Below are positions 31,294 to 43,651 of a stretch of DNA of 64,000 nt, piece by piece. The translations under genes were made by a program, and so were the position numbers. Position 1 is the first letter of the stretch, and every line of letters starts with the position of its first letter. The stretch covers positions 496,001 through 560,000 of the forward strand of contig JAKMXF010000066.1 in NCBI GenBank assembly GCA_024704765.1, given 5' to 3'. The notes beneath the pieces are model-generated. The model worked only from the letters and a program-made list of their open reading frames with translations. It did not search any database and was not told the origin of the DNA. The DNA comes from Oopsacas minuta (taxonomy: Eukaryota > Animalia > Porifera).

Positions 31294-31599
31294 TCACAAA
31301 TATATTTCTAATTCTTGTTTTTCTAGCTGTATGAATTCTTCAATATCCTTCAAGTAGGTTCTTATATCTTCCTCCAATTCTTGTTTTTGTCTGTTAAGTG
31401 CAATTTTGGATTCCTTCAACCTGAAATATCTCGTTCCCTGTCGCAACTGCTCACGTCGTCTTTCTTTTCGCATTTCTTTAACCTTATCAGGGAATAAGTC
31501 TTTTATTTTCTTGGTAGTAAGTTTAACCAGATCTCTCCTCGTAATGGAACTGTCATTCCCTGAAAGATTTGAGTTTTGATAAAAATAAATATTATTCAT
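31294..31599 (-). CDS. Small non-canonical Maf/CNC-like bZIP protein (copy 1)
   Basis: DLVKLTTKKI..KERRREQLRQGTRYFRLK followed by Leu heptads. TATA-like gtataaatag at 31630-31639 on the minus strand. Confidence 0.7.
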   Translation of the reverse strand: MNNIYFYQNSNLSGNDSSITRRDLVKLTTKKIKDLFPDKVKEMRKERRREQLRQGTRYFRLKESKIALNRQKQELEEDIRTYLKDIEEFIQLEKQELEIYL

Positions 31600-32568
31600 T
31601 TCGTATTTGAGAAATTCCGATCTACAGTTCTATTTATACGTATACATTAGTATCATAGGGCGTATACATCTATTAATATAATATTAAGGATATGTTACGT
31701 TTTAAGGTTCCAATTACTGCTGCATAATTTTAGTTTACAGCACCTGTGCATCCTTTTATTAACTAAGATACCATTAAACATTTTAGCATCTATATTATAT
31801 TGACAAAAATTAAATTAACTAAACTGATACTGAAGTGTTTAGTTCGTGGAAATAGCTGAATTAATTAGTTTGTTTTAGGGGAAACTCAATGGGAATTTTC
31901 CTGTTCACACTTTTTATAATCTCTTTAATATCTTATTTGTAAGATAATGCAATCTTGACACTGAATAATTTCTTCACAATTCTCATGATATCTAGAAATG
32001 GATTCTGGATTACAGGTGTATAAATTCGCCATTTGTATATTTTCATATACACTATACCATAGGCTGTATCCACAAGTAGGGTTGATTATTGCTCAATCTT
32101 AACACTCATCTTTTATTTTTATTATAATTTCAATTTTTCATTGCTGTAAAACAATATTTATGTTTGCCTGTTTTATTGATAGAACCGTTTGGAGCATGTT
32201 CTCAATATGATTGTTGAATACATCTGGTCCTTCATAATAACTAGACTAGTACTCTGATGCATTTGTTTGAGTACAGTGGAGGTAAAGGGCTACTATTCAG
32301 GGTAATGTTATATTGTCTATAACACTACTTGTATGTTCTGTCCTTACGTAATTTAATTTTGTAAAATAATGCAATATAGTAAATACCTTTAATGATATAA
32401 TTATAATAGATGTTTACTAACAAGATCTGCGCGCAAAAGTTGTTTTCTTAATTGTGTGTGCTGAATGCATTGTCATTAGCGCGGGATTATGAGTAAATAC
32501 ACATGTATATTATTATTATTCACATTATACGAAGATACGTGAATTTATAACTGATCTTAACGTATTGC

Positions 32569-32853
32569 TTATTGCACTTTAACAGAACGAACAACTCTGC
32601 TATTTTCCTTTGTATTTGAGTTATTCAAATCATCTATTTGGCTCTTCAAGCTAAGTATTTCATTTTCTAGATTATTTCTTTCATTCAAAAGTTCTCGTTT
32701 TTGTTTTCTTAGTCTCATATTTTGAACATTAAACTTGACTTGTTCTCTACGTCTCTCTTTTAACAGCACTTCTTTATGCTTGTCATTAATAGCTAAACGA
32801 GACAGCTCAGTAGTTGAGTAGCATACCAGATATTCCTGTAATTGTGAACACAT
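32569..32853 (-). CDS. Small non-canonical Maf/CNC-like bZIP protein (copy 2)
   Basis: ATG at 32853. LKERRREQVKFNVQNMRLRKQKRELLNERNNLENEILSLKSQIDDL has four Leu heptads. Confidence 0.72.
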   Translation of the reverse strand: MCSQLQEYLVCYSTTELSRLAINDKHKEVLLKERRREQVKFNVQNMRLRKQKRELLNERNNLENEILSLKSQIDDLNNSNTKENSRVVRSVKVQ

Positions 32854-33974
32854 GAATATGTAATCGAGAACCTTCAAAAATTGTTATTATTTGTAAATTG
32901 TTTCCATCTGCACACACATGCATTTGGTTTATATATTTTCTGATTTATCTTAAACTCATTTATTACTCAACAAGTTATTACATTTTTTGAGGGAATAATC
33001 TATTAAATCACACTAAATACAACTGTAAGCAGCTAACTCTATTCAAGGTGATGGGATATACTAAATTTATCCTCACCTAATACTCTCAGGATCACATAGG
33101 GTCAATTCATATTGGAAAATAATTCCTTTAATAGCAGGTTAGCGTGTTAGCAAAGGAAATCTGTGCTAATTTCGACTTGCTATTTCATAGACCAACATTA
33201 CTGTATAAGTAAAAAGCAATTATTCAACTAATTCTGAAAAGGAGTGCTGGAGTGTATATAAATTTTGTCTCAATGGGTTAGAATCTATAATATTAAATCT
33301 CAATGATTGTTTGTCGGTTGTCAAGGAAAGGATTTACGGTATGCAATTTTGAAATTGTTGCATAACTATGTATTTATCGTGTTTATCAAGGAAGTAAATA
33401 GAATTCAATAAGACTTCACTAAATATATGAAACATGCTGAATCCTATTTTCACACTTTTGGATTAATCATATGTAAATTTATTGCTGTTTTTATGAATAT
33501 AAAGTAAACAAATTTCAAAATTGAGGTAGAATCATACTTTCAATGGTTATACTGAGGTAATCGAGTATGCTGAGTCTGAATATTGTAAACAACATCAATA
33601 TTATTAAATCTTAATTGTTGTTTGTCTGTTTGTTTGTCCGTTGAATACTTCGAGGCGCAATGCGCCGAGTTCATCGCGAAGCGACGAGTCAAAGGCTCGT
33701 ATCAAATATATCCATTCGTGCATCAGTTATACGTAAATTTGAATGTAATATTATTTCCGATACTATGTTATTAAGATGGCGCAATACGTATTTCCATATT
33801 AATTACATTTTGTAATGCCATAGGTAAACTGGATTGTGTAATTCAGTCAGAAATTCCCGGCTTTACCTACACGCCTACAACTAGCAGGAGGGTGTTATGC
33901 CAGGAATAGTATCATTCACTGATGTAATCTTTATTATTGAAAGAAACATTTTCAAAGAACTGAAAATTTGCATA

Positions 33975-34016
33975 TATTTAAAAGTGAGTAGCGCATGCGC
34001 TACTCACTTTTAAATA
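33975..34016. other. Perfect spacer-less 42-bp palindrome
   Basis: tatttaaaagtgagtagcgca|tgcgctactcacttttaaata; all 21 pairs checked. Confidence 0.95.
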
Positions 34017-34321
34017 CGTCAAAATTTGATCCCCTACTTATTACTGAACTATCAGGAAACTAATTTATTATATTTTACTTTTGTTTAGAAATGCATACTC
34101 ACCAAAAGTAAGTGTTATGTGCAGATCCTCGCTCACCGGCTGATTGTGATAGAAGATTGTATATGTATAGCGCCATAACGGCCTGTATTCATTACATTTA
34201 TAGCTAGAACGTTTGCTATCATGATATCATTGTACTTCCTTGAAATATTTAGATAATACTAGCTATAATTAATTATCAAATACACTGATTATTCAGATAA
34301 TTATCAAATGTTATAGTTTTA

Positions 34322-35767
34322 ATGGCAGGCAAAGAACAAAATGACAAAGACGAAGAGCTAACAGGCCCCCTAGAGAAGATAAAGATGGAAATTCAGAAAG
34401 TCTCCGGCTGGAAATCCGAGATGGAGAAGGAGGAAGAAGAATCAATAGCTCATATAGCGAAGAGGTATGCTGTTCTCTTGTCAACTCTAGAGAAGAGAAG
34501 AGATAAATTAATCGGGAATACTAAGAAGAAATATGCTCTAGCGTTCTATGAGGCAGATCAGCAAATCTCTGAGTTGGAAACTTGTCTATCTTCACATTTA
34601 GAACTGGTTGAACAACAAATGGTAGATGTTAAAGATGTTTCAGCGGTTTCACTTCAGTCCCTTGAGGGGAAACTTAAAGATTGGAAGTTAAAACTTAAAG
34701 ATTCTGAACAGAAACTTGATTCCTGTTCTCAAGAATTCAGTTTCAATTATAATCTGAGTAGAATTATGCTAGATCGACACGAGGTTAATTGTTTATTAGA
34801 AAACGTAGGTACTTCTAACGTAGATATTGGCTGTACAGTGGAAGAGCATGTGTTATCTGGTATACACGGTCATTCAATACTACTTGATATGTGTATTGAT
34901 GTGAATACAGGGACTTACTACTTCCTGAAGCAAGACACAGGACAATGTGCAGAGATAGCTGTATGTACTTTTGATAGGCAAAAACTCAATGCTCTGAATG
35001 TAATACAGATTGATAGAGCATTCTCTGGCTCATTCTGGTCGTTAGGGAAGAAGAAACCTATTCCACACAGCATAACAATTAACTCACGTCATCTGTTCGT
35101 TAGTTTCCAGCATGAGAGCGCTGTAGTAATAATGACTAGAGCAGGAGAGTATATAGACACTATGAGTATTGATAAATGTAAGAATCCTCTTAACTTGTCT
35201 ATGGTAAAAGGCTTAGCTTCTGATTTAGAAGATTACGTATTGATATGTGATAGCGGGAATGATCGTGTATTAATCTTACAGCCAGATCTAAAGGCTACTT
35301 TTCCTATCTCACACAATCGTAACTCTATTCCTTATCTCTGTGCTCCAGAGAAAGTTTCTTCTGCTGGACATCAGAAATTGGTTGTTCTACACAAAGGTTA
35401 TCCTCCGCTTCATATTTATAATTTCCACGGTGAAGTCATTGCTCTATTCGGAGCTCTCGGTAGCGGTATGAATCGGTTTGTACCACAGAATTTATGCTGG
35501 ATTCCTCAGCGTAAAAATATACCCGAGTTGTTCCTATGTGTTGGTGATTATGGACCTCTTCCTGATTACGTCATTGGTTTTGATTTGAGTGAGGGGATTG
35601 TCTATCATTTTGGGAGTGTAGATCCAGATCGTATTGAGGGTACAGTAACACCTCCAGCTATTTTAGCTGATCCTAATGGTATCGTGCTACTGACTATTTC
35701 AGATAGAAATATTCTGTTTGTCATTCGTAATAATTCTGAGTTCTTTAGCTGCAATAAGGAGAACTAA
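34322..35767 (+). CDS. Coiled-coil + degenerate NHL beta-propeller protein (TRIM-NHL-like without RING/B-box)
   Basis: N-terminal heptad-rich region; NHL-like VKGLASD..VLICDSGNDRVLIL and CAPEKV segments. Confidence 0.75.
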   Translation: MAGKEQNDKDEELTGPLEKIKMEIQKVSGWKSEMEKEEEESIAHIAKRYAVLLSTLEKRRDKLIGNTKKKYALAFYEADQQISELETCLSSHLELVEQQMVDVKDVSAVSLQSLEGKLKDWKLKLKDSEQKLDSCSQEFSFNYNLSRIMLDRHEVNCLLENVGTSNVDIGCTVEEHVLSGIHGHSILLDMCIDVNTGTYYFLKQDTGQCAEIAVCTFDRQKLNALNVIQIDRAFSGSFWSLGKKKPIPHSITINSRHLFVSFQHESAVVIMTRAGEYIDTMSIDKCKNPLNLSMVKGLASDLEDYVLICDSGNDRVLILQPDLKATFPISHNRNSIPYLCAPEKVSSAGHQKLVVLHKGYPPLHIYNFHGEVIALFGALGSGMNRFVPQNLCWIPQRKNIPELFLCVGDYGPLPDYVIGFDLSEGIVYHFGSVDPDRIEGTVTPPAILADPNGIVLLTISDRNILFVIRNNSEFFSCNKEN

Positions 35768-35920
35768 TTAGCATGTTTGAGAGTTTATCCTTCGGAATTA
35801 TGTAAATTTGTATATCAATTAATCTATTTCTGAACATTTCAATATTTGTAGAAAATATTCCATATGCATAAGAATATTTGAATATTTCATTTGTTTTGAA
35901 TGAAGTCTTTACTTATACAT

Positions 35921-35990
35921 AAGCGGTTCCCAACCTTTTTCACCTGCTGGACCCTCTATTCTAATTTTAACACATTCTGTGGACTCCTCC
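35921..35990. mobile_element. Left-end fragment of hAT-type MITE
   Basis: aagcggttcccaacctttttcacc..ttaacacattctgtggac, shared with the 38955 copy. Confidence 0.6.
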
Positions 35991-36044
35991 GTAGACTGCA
36001 ATACAAATTTTGAGAATTAATTAGTAGATTTTAATTGAGTTATC

Positions 36045-38812
36045 ATGGCACACACAAAGTCAAGCAACACTAATTTCCGTGCTATGAAGAGGATTGGATA
36101 TTTATTGAACTTTATTTACAGTCTTGGATACATAGTAAGGTTCTTCCACCAATTATTCTACATTCTAAAATGTCAACTAAACAAGCTAAGAGGGTTAGAA
36201 ACAGTAACAAAGATAGTCTGGAGTGATAATGAGATATTAAACTGCTCGGCTGTGCGTCTTTCTAGAATGATAAGAAGTAGGAGTGTAACTTCTGAGTTAG
36301 TTGTACAAACATTCATTGATAGAATTAATGAAGTTAATCCTGTTATCAATGCTGTAGTATGTGATAACTTTGTTCAAGCACTCAAGAGAGCTAGAGAGGT
36401 AATTTCTATGTAAATCTATCCATATTCGTCAGGATTGGGGAAATTGTACTATTTTTCACTTTTTTGAAGTAGAAAACTCCCGAAATTCTTTATTAAAACT
36501 TACAGTCAACTCCTGTTATATCGAAGCTCAAGGGACCGCGATAATTTTGACGGTTTGGGACCATATTTGTGTAATTAGACTTCTATATAAGCGGGTAGTT
36601 CGATACATCCGTGTTCGATCTAAAGGGAGTTAACTGTATTTACAAATAATATTTCAATTAGATTGATGCATATCTGGATGGACCTACTGAATCCTTCCCC
36701 TCTGACCTATCCCCAGAAAATGCTCCTCTTGTTGGTGTTCCCTGTTCCATCAAGATGAGTATATTCGTTACAGACATGGTGAATGATGTTGGTGTATGGT
36801 GTCGTAGAGGTCGAGTAGCTAGTAGAGATGCTGATGTTGTAGTGAGGCTGAGGAAAGCTGGAGCTATTCCTCTCGCGGTTACTAACACATCTGAGTTCTG
36901 TTTCTTTTGGGATAGTTGTAATAAAGTGCATGGAGCTACCAAGTAAGTAACTTTTATAATATACGTAGAATCGCGTTAATACGAACAAATATTTGCACAA
37001 TGTCAAGTCTCTACAATTGTTATTCAATTGGTACTAACGAGGTTTCTTTGTATGTACGCGATTTATACGAAAATCCATACGATACGTTTATGAGTGCTAA
37101 TGCTATTTCAATGAATATACAATTCATACTACATGTATGTATATAGCAACCCTTACAATACTCAACATACGAGTGGAGGTAGTTCTAGTGGTGAGGGAGC
37201 TCTTGTAGCTGCTCAAGGATCCCCGTTTGGTATCGGAACAGATGGAGGAGGTAGTATTAGGATGCCTGCTTACTTCACAGGGGTATACGGTCACAAGTGT
37301 AGTCCTGATATGGTATCAAATGACGGACAGTTTCCTCATATTGAGGATACACGTATCTCTATAACTACAGGGCCTCTATGTAGATATCCGGAAGATATAG
37401 GACCTGTTATGCGAGTTATCTCATATAGTCCTTTCCCTGAGTGGAGTGAGGTTATATATGTTATTAATAATACAGTCAACTACCGTTACATCGATTCTGA
37501 AAGGACTGTAATATTTACTTCGATATAACCGATGAAACTTATGTTTTGTAACGGAAATTGACTCTAAGATCTAATTTTAATGAGCTACACATTAGAACTC
37601 AGATAAGACATACTCCCTCGGGAAACTCAGCATAGTACGTTTTAACTGAAGTATGTCTTATCCGAGTTCTACCGTATATTATAATATTTTCATTAGATAG
37701 ATGCATCCAAGCTTAAGATCTACTACTTGCTGGAGCCTAACATATCCTTATCTTCCTCAATAGATCCTGTTATCACAGAACGTACTAGATCTCTCATAGA
37801 CACCCTAACAACCAAGTGTAGTATGCACGTAGAGCCGTATGATAATAAGTTATTCCAATGGAGTCTTCCTATATGGACAGGGACTAATCTCATGCATGGA
37901 GATCCTTCAATTGATAAACAGCTGTTAATTAATGATCCAACTTCTAAACGTGTGAGTTATGTCGCAATTTCTATTGTAAATAAAGTTAACTTCCGTTATA
38001 TCGAAGCTCAAAGCAAAAAGATCGCGATAATTACTTCCATATAACCGTAAAATGATATAACAGGAGATGATTGTATCTATTTTAACAAACTTTTGATCCA
38101 CATTACTAATTCAGTAATTTTCACAAAAACTAGAATTTTATTAGTTCCTGCCTATACATATATTATTGTTATTTATGACTGACTGTATGTGTGTGTAGAT
38201 TAACTTTGGCTGGGAGCTATTAAAGAGCTTTGTCTGTGCAGCTAACTTTAACATGTTCACAAACATCCTCGCTCTATCTCAAAGGAGAACTAAATTTAAT
38301 TCTAATGCTGGGTTTAACCATAAAATGTATAATGTCGGACAGAAGCTGAAGCAACAATTAGAAGATTTACTGGGGGATAATGGAGTGCTATTGTTTCCTT
38401 CTCACCCTACTACAGCCCCTAGACATAATATGCCTCAGGTAATGTAGTGATAGCTATATAGCTATTAGTATATTTCAAATGCTAACTAATATAATGAGAG
38501 TTTGATGGGGAAATTTGGAACTTCTTATCTGTAAACTTGTTATGATAAATCTGTGAATATTTCGGTTTGAAATATTACATTTCATTATATATTTTCTCTA
38601 AGGTAATGCCTACGAACTTCTCATTCACTGCAGTATTCAATGCTATACTAATGCCTGTAACTCAAATACCGCTTGGACTTTCACCAGACGGTCTACCATT
38701 AGGAGTACAACTTGTAGCTAAACAAGGGAATGATCATTTAACTATTGCACTAGCTGAATATATCTCAGAAGTGACCAAGGTAGGATGTACTCTTCCTACA
38801 GGTTGTACATGA
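36045..38812 (+). CDS. FAAH2: Fatty-acid amide hydrolase 2-like amidase, multi-exon
   Basis: Spliced amidase signature: GVPCSIK (catalytic Lys), GAIPLAVTNTSE, NPYN...GGSSSGEG, GTDGGGSIRMPA (catalytic Ser), LFPSHPTTAP, GLPLGVQLVA. Confidence 0.85.
36503..36636. mobile_element. MITE family A in FAAH2 intron
   Basis: ta|cagtcaactcctgttatatcgaag ... ttcgatctaaagggagttaactg|ta. Confidence 0.88.
37473..37564. mobile_element. MITE family A in FAAH2 intron
   Basis: ta|cagtcaactaccgttacatcga ... gtaacggaaattgactc|ta. Confidence 0.72.
37590..37674. mobile_element. MITE family C in the same FAAH2 intron
   Basis: cattagaactcagataagaca ... tgtcttatccgagttctaccg|ta. Confidence 0.75.
37983..38073. mobile_element. 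MITE family A in FAAH2 intron
   Basis: ta|aagttaacttccgttatatcgaagc ... gatataacaggagatgattg|ta. Confidence 0.72.
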
Positions 38813-38954
38813 ATTTATATAAAATTATTAGTTGGAAATTGTAGAGTTTAGTTTGAGTTACTTGCATATTCTTGTATTATTTATTATTATTTATTATTAA
38901 TATATTATTTGATATTTTGAGTGATTATCTTATAATTTATCAAAAATTAAGACG

Positions 38955-39071
38955 CAGTGTTTCCCAACCTTTTCACTAGGGATCCTCTAATTTTACAATT
39001 TTAATACATTCTGTGGACCCCTGCTGTCGTCAGTGTACCACCAAAGGGTCATGGACAGGTTGGGAACACTG
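38955..39071. mobile_element. hAT-type MITE
   Basis: TIRs cagtgtttcccaacct ... aggttgggaacactg. TSD not preserved. Confidence 0.7.
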
Positions 39072-39114
39072 AAATACGGTACTGAAAGATTTAATATCAT
39101 TTGTAGCTTTCTGT

Positions 39115-40537
39115 ATGGTTCTAGTCAAAATGAAGAAATTTTCCAAAAAGCATAAAATTAGAATTTTACTTCTATCATCACTCATAATTATTGTTCTTAT
39201 TCTAATTGGATTGAGTATTGCACATGAATACCCAAAACAGACAGCTCATTTCAAAAGGCTGGTATATTTACTTTACAGCAAAGTTATCGGAGATATTGCT
39301 AAAAGACCTATTACGACTAATCTCTCTGCCTCAGATAGGTAATTTGCTAGTGAACAAATACTGATTTTACTTGCAAATATGCAAAATTTGTAGGTTGATA
39401 TTTGAGAGTTGTGCTCCATTTTACAAAGAGGATCATAAAGTAGTGAAGAGGGTTTGTCCTCGAAATATGAGGTTTCGACCTGCTAATAAAGCTAATGACG
39501 TCACGGCTTTGATAAGTTTTCCTGGATCAGGAAACACATGGATGAGACAGATTATGGAAGAAGCTACTGGTATATATACTGGAGCTATATATTGTGATGA
39601 GGATCTGAAGAGAGCAGGGTTTCTTGGTGAGTTGATAACTACCATACATCCCATCTGGCTTGTTAATAGGTGAACTCAAGTGTATTTGCAAAGTGTTAAA
39701 AACTTTAACACTATTTTATTATTTAGGAGAATATCTTACTTCTAACGCAGTTATAGCTATTAAAACACATTTAACGGACAATAGATTAATTAATGGAAAA
39801 TCTGGAAAATCATTTGATTCTGTTATATTTCTAACACGCAATCCTTATGATGCTATAATAGCTGAGGCTAACAGGGAATGGACTGAAGACCATACTAAAG
39901 TAGCACAGATAGAAAAATTCAAAGATTTGAAAAACTGGAGTGAATTCGTATCTAAGATGTCAAAGATATGGGAAATGACAGTCAGAACTTGGTTGCAAGA
40001 GGATAAACCGTTGCTGATTGTAAGGTAAGATCCTTTATTCAATTTTACGTTCATACGCGCATATACGTACTTGACAAAAGTTTGAATGGTAGAATTTTGA
40101 GTACAGTGGAGTTCACCTATTAGCAAGTCATATAGTGTGCGAATTTCCCTTGCTGCTATTTAGAGGAATTATTTCCAATACAAAATGGACTCTAAGTCCC
40201 TGAAAATATATGCTATTAGGCGAATAATGGTAACAGACTAACCTAAACACACAACTGTATATTATTGAGAAATTATATTTTAAGATATGAAGATTTGAAA
40301 TCAGACCTACTTAACCAATTAAAGCGTATACTAACATTCCTGAAGGTTCCATATACTGAAGATCAGCTCCATTGTGTTCTCAAGGCAAACTTAGATACAT
40401 TTAAACGGAAGAATGGTAGCGAAAATGAAGAAAAATACAAGAAATATTATTATACAGATGAACTTGTACAGTATGTTAATTCTACAATTGAAAATGTTAG
40501 ACCGATTTTGAATAAATTTAGCATATTCTATCTATAA
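39115..40537 (+). CDS. WSCD1/2-like Golgi sulfotransferase (type II membrane), multi-exon
   Basis: N-terminal TM; 5'-PSB ALISFPGSGNTWMR..EEATGIYTG; IKTH; 3'-PB FLTRNPYDAIIAE; RYEDLK. Confidence 0.82.
40104..40257. mobile_element. MITE family B in sulfotransferase intron
   Basis: ta|cagtggagttcacctattagcaag ... acaactg|ta. Confidence 0.8.
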
Positions 40538-41288
40538 ATTCAATATTTATTGATTATACCGAAAAGATGAATATGTTTGCATAATATGATAATCAAGAGA
40601 AATGACTTTGAGAACTGGTTCCCAAACTTTTCACCAGTGGATCTCTTTACAAATATTATATTTTAACACAACCATTTCCTACAGATGTCATTCTCATATC
40701 ACCCTTCCATATACATTACTGGAACAATAATTACAAAGCTTCTATCAAACACTAAATTGAATAAATTATAGGGGATCTCCCTATCTCACGAATATTGCAA
40801 ATACTGAAACTATACTAATTTGAATATCAATAGCATATGCATATACAACACCCAATTGCATGTAACTCAATATTATATCTGAGCATTATTCCCTAATGTG
40901 TCCCTTCTTCAGGTATTATTCTGTCAGCAAACATTGCTATTTTAATTATCTTAACTTATCTAATTTTAAACACATTTGTTACCCTAGATCAAATTTATAG
41001 TTCATAAACCTACACACTCTACTGGTATAATCGGGTATTATGCTAATGGGGTATTATACCCAAATTAGTTTTCTAATTAAGTGGCACTTACCACTTACAG
41101 AAAGTGGACAATAAATAGTTTTAAATATCGATGATTTGAGGGTTTATTAAAATCCAAAGAGTATGTCATAATTCCCTAAAAATTACGAATTAAGCTATTG
41201 TATGGAACTTATTTGAAATTTCTTGAAAAATTACAAAATTTAAAACAGGAAATTATATCCATTTTTGACATATTAGTTACATCACCTA

Positions 41289-42194
41289 ATGGCATCCAAC
41301 GATTTAACTATTACAGATAGTCATCACCATTTATGGACACCTGAAACTCACTCATGGTTGAAATCAGCTGATGACCCAGATAATCCCCTTGCTATTTTCA
41401 GATCTGTGCAGAAATATTTGCTACCTGATTTTATAACAGATATAGAACCATACAACCTAACAAAGTCTGTTTACGTTCAATCTAATAGAGATGGTGATCC
41501 TGTAGATGAAACAAAATGGGTACAAACTATATCTGATACAAATCCTAAGGGATTTCCCCATGGGATAGTAGGTAGTTGTGACCTAACATCAAAAGACCTA
41601 CCTCTGATTTTAAGTAAGCATATAGAGTTCGCGAATTTTAGAGGCATACGACAGGGATTAATGTTCCACCCAGCGAAACCGCAACTACGCTTCGCTTCAC
41701 ACGATAATTATCTTACTGATATAAATTGGCAGCAGGGATATTCTCTTCTCTCTACTCACAACTTATCATTCGATATGTTAGTGTTACCTCATCAATACAC
41801 ACGAGTATATGACGTCATAAAGGCTAATCCAGCTGTTCCTGTCGTGATCAATCATTGTGGTGCAATGTTTGACAGAAATGAAGATACTATGAAATTATGG
41901 AGAGATGGAATTGCAATGTTAGCTTCATTACCTAACTGTTATATGAAGTTATCTGGCCTTCAATCGGCACAAATTAATCCTGATGATTTCGCCCTTATCA
42001 AGAGTATAATCCAACAGTTAATTACACTGTTTGGTACTGATAGGTGTATGTATGCTTCTAACTACCCTGTTGACAAGATATATGCTACTTATAAGCAAGT
42101 AATGAATGCATTTGAGTTCTCCATTGCTGATTATACACTGGAGGAGAAGAAAAATATATTCGCGAAAAACGCGAATATATTCTACAGATTGTAG
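41289..42194 (+). CDS. Amidohydrolase_2 TIM-barrel (L-fucono-lactonase/COG3618-like), intronless
   Basis: DSHHHLW, VYVQS, FRGIR, LSFD, VINHCG, MKLSGL, MYASNYPVD motifs. Confidence 0.85.
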   Translation: MASNDLTITDSHHHLWTPETHSWLKSADDPDNPLAIFRSVQKYLLPDFITDIEPYNLTKSVYVQSNRDGDPVDETKWVQTISDTNPKGFPHGIVGSCDLTSKDLPLILSKHIEFANFRGIRQGLMFHPAKPQLRFASHDNYLTDINWQQGYSLLSTHNLSFDMLVLPHQYTRVYDVIKANPAVPVVINHCGAMFDRNEDTMKLWRDGIAMLASLPNCYMKLSGLQSAQINPDDFALIKSIIQQLITLFGTDRCMYASNYPVDKIYATYKQVMNAFEFSIADYTLEEKKNIFAKNANIFYRL

Positions 42195-42327
42195 ATTGAC
42201 TTTTGAATACCCTTTAGATCGTTTAGATCGAATAATATACACATTTTAGTAATTATGTATCTTGGAAAATTATTGTATTTTTATACACATTTTGAGGATA
42301 ACGATAGATGTATGGTGTTTCCAATTA

Positions 42328-42471
42328 CAGTGATGTTTGACTATTAGCAATATTCGCTAAATAGCAATGAGACTTCCATTTTGTATTGCAAATAATTCCT
42401 CTAATCGCAAGTTCGCGTATTAGTAAGGGAAGTTCATACAAGAGTCTACTTGCTAATAGCGAACTCCGCTG
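42328..42471. mobile_element. MITE family B, intergenic (reverse orientation)
   Basis: ta|cagtgatgtttgactattagcaa ... cttgctaatagcgaactccgctg|ta. Confidence 0.8.
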
Positions 42472-43414
42472 TAATATACAAGATTATCTAAGATGGTTTA
42501 AAATAATTACTTACGAGTAATGACACTAGTTAATTATCCTTTTCATCCCCTTTCATGGTAATTATTTTGAAGGTGTGTTTAGGCAAGATGTATTGAATGT
42601 TTGGGATTATTTTATTATTCATAAACCTAGGCTATGTCTTCTGTCAATGATTACAAGTGTTTCTAATGGGACGAATAATTAATAATGGATTCACCCACCT
42701 CATTTCGATATTGTATGGAAGAATTATACCTAATGGTTATTTGGTTAAGCAATGTAATAAATAATTTGAGTGTTTATTCTTTGAAGATAATTGCTAATGA
42801 CACAATTCATTTGGGATAGTCATTTTATATTGACCTATGCTTACAACCATTATTCTACTAACCAAATAGTTCTTGTGGAAGCGAAAAATACATCTACCGT
42901 ATGTATTATCTTGTGGCCGCCATTAAACAAATTTGTCTTTGTAGAACTCAAGCTAATAAGTTTAATTCTTTGAATTGTCTCATATATATTGTATTAGTCA
43001 TTTGTAATATTATATTCTAAGAAAATATTATACGAATCTCTATACTGATCTAATATAATAATAGCTGTTGTATCTCTGTGGAAATCGAAAGTGAAATTCA
43101 AACCAGTTTCAAGATCAGTAAGTGCTTATCCAATAGAAATTACCAAGTAAATTAATTGAGATAGCACAAAATGCTTCTCAAACAATATCTATGTTATTCT
43201 ATATGGAACTGGTACTAAATGTGTTGCAAACTATGATATAATTAACTCAACTACTTTCAAGTAATACACAGAGGAATGAGTATTAAGGTATACTGAGTAT
43301 AGATCATTATACCGGTACATGAGTATATACAAATGAGGTAAAGGACTGAAAACTATATAATGGAAGAAATCATACATTAATTAACTTCATCTCTAAACAA
43401 AAATATAAACAAAT

Positions 43415-43651
43415 ATGCCCAAATTTGCCCTTTCAGGAGAAGATCTGTTATTGGTATCCCCATCAATGTTAATACATTTTGCCCGAGATGATCAACATTA
43501 CAATAAGATGTTGAAAGATAGACGTAGGCTACAAGTTAAGTATAATGTACAAAAACTGAGACTTAAGAGACAGAAGACAAATCTCATAAATGAAGCTATC
43601 AAATTGAGGAAGGAGATACATTTTCTGAAACAACAAATGGATCTAATATGA
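43415..43651 (+). CDS. Small non-canonical Maf/CNC-like bZIP protein (copy 3)
   Basis: LSGEDLLLVS..KDRRRLQVKYNVQKLRLKRQKTNLINEAIKLRKEIHFL; clear paralogue of copy 2. Confidence 0.7.
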   Translation: MPKFALSGEDLLLVSPSMLIHFARDDQHYNKMLKDRRRLQVKYNVQKLRLKRQKTNLINEAIKLRKEIHFLKQQMDLI

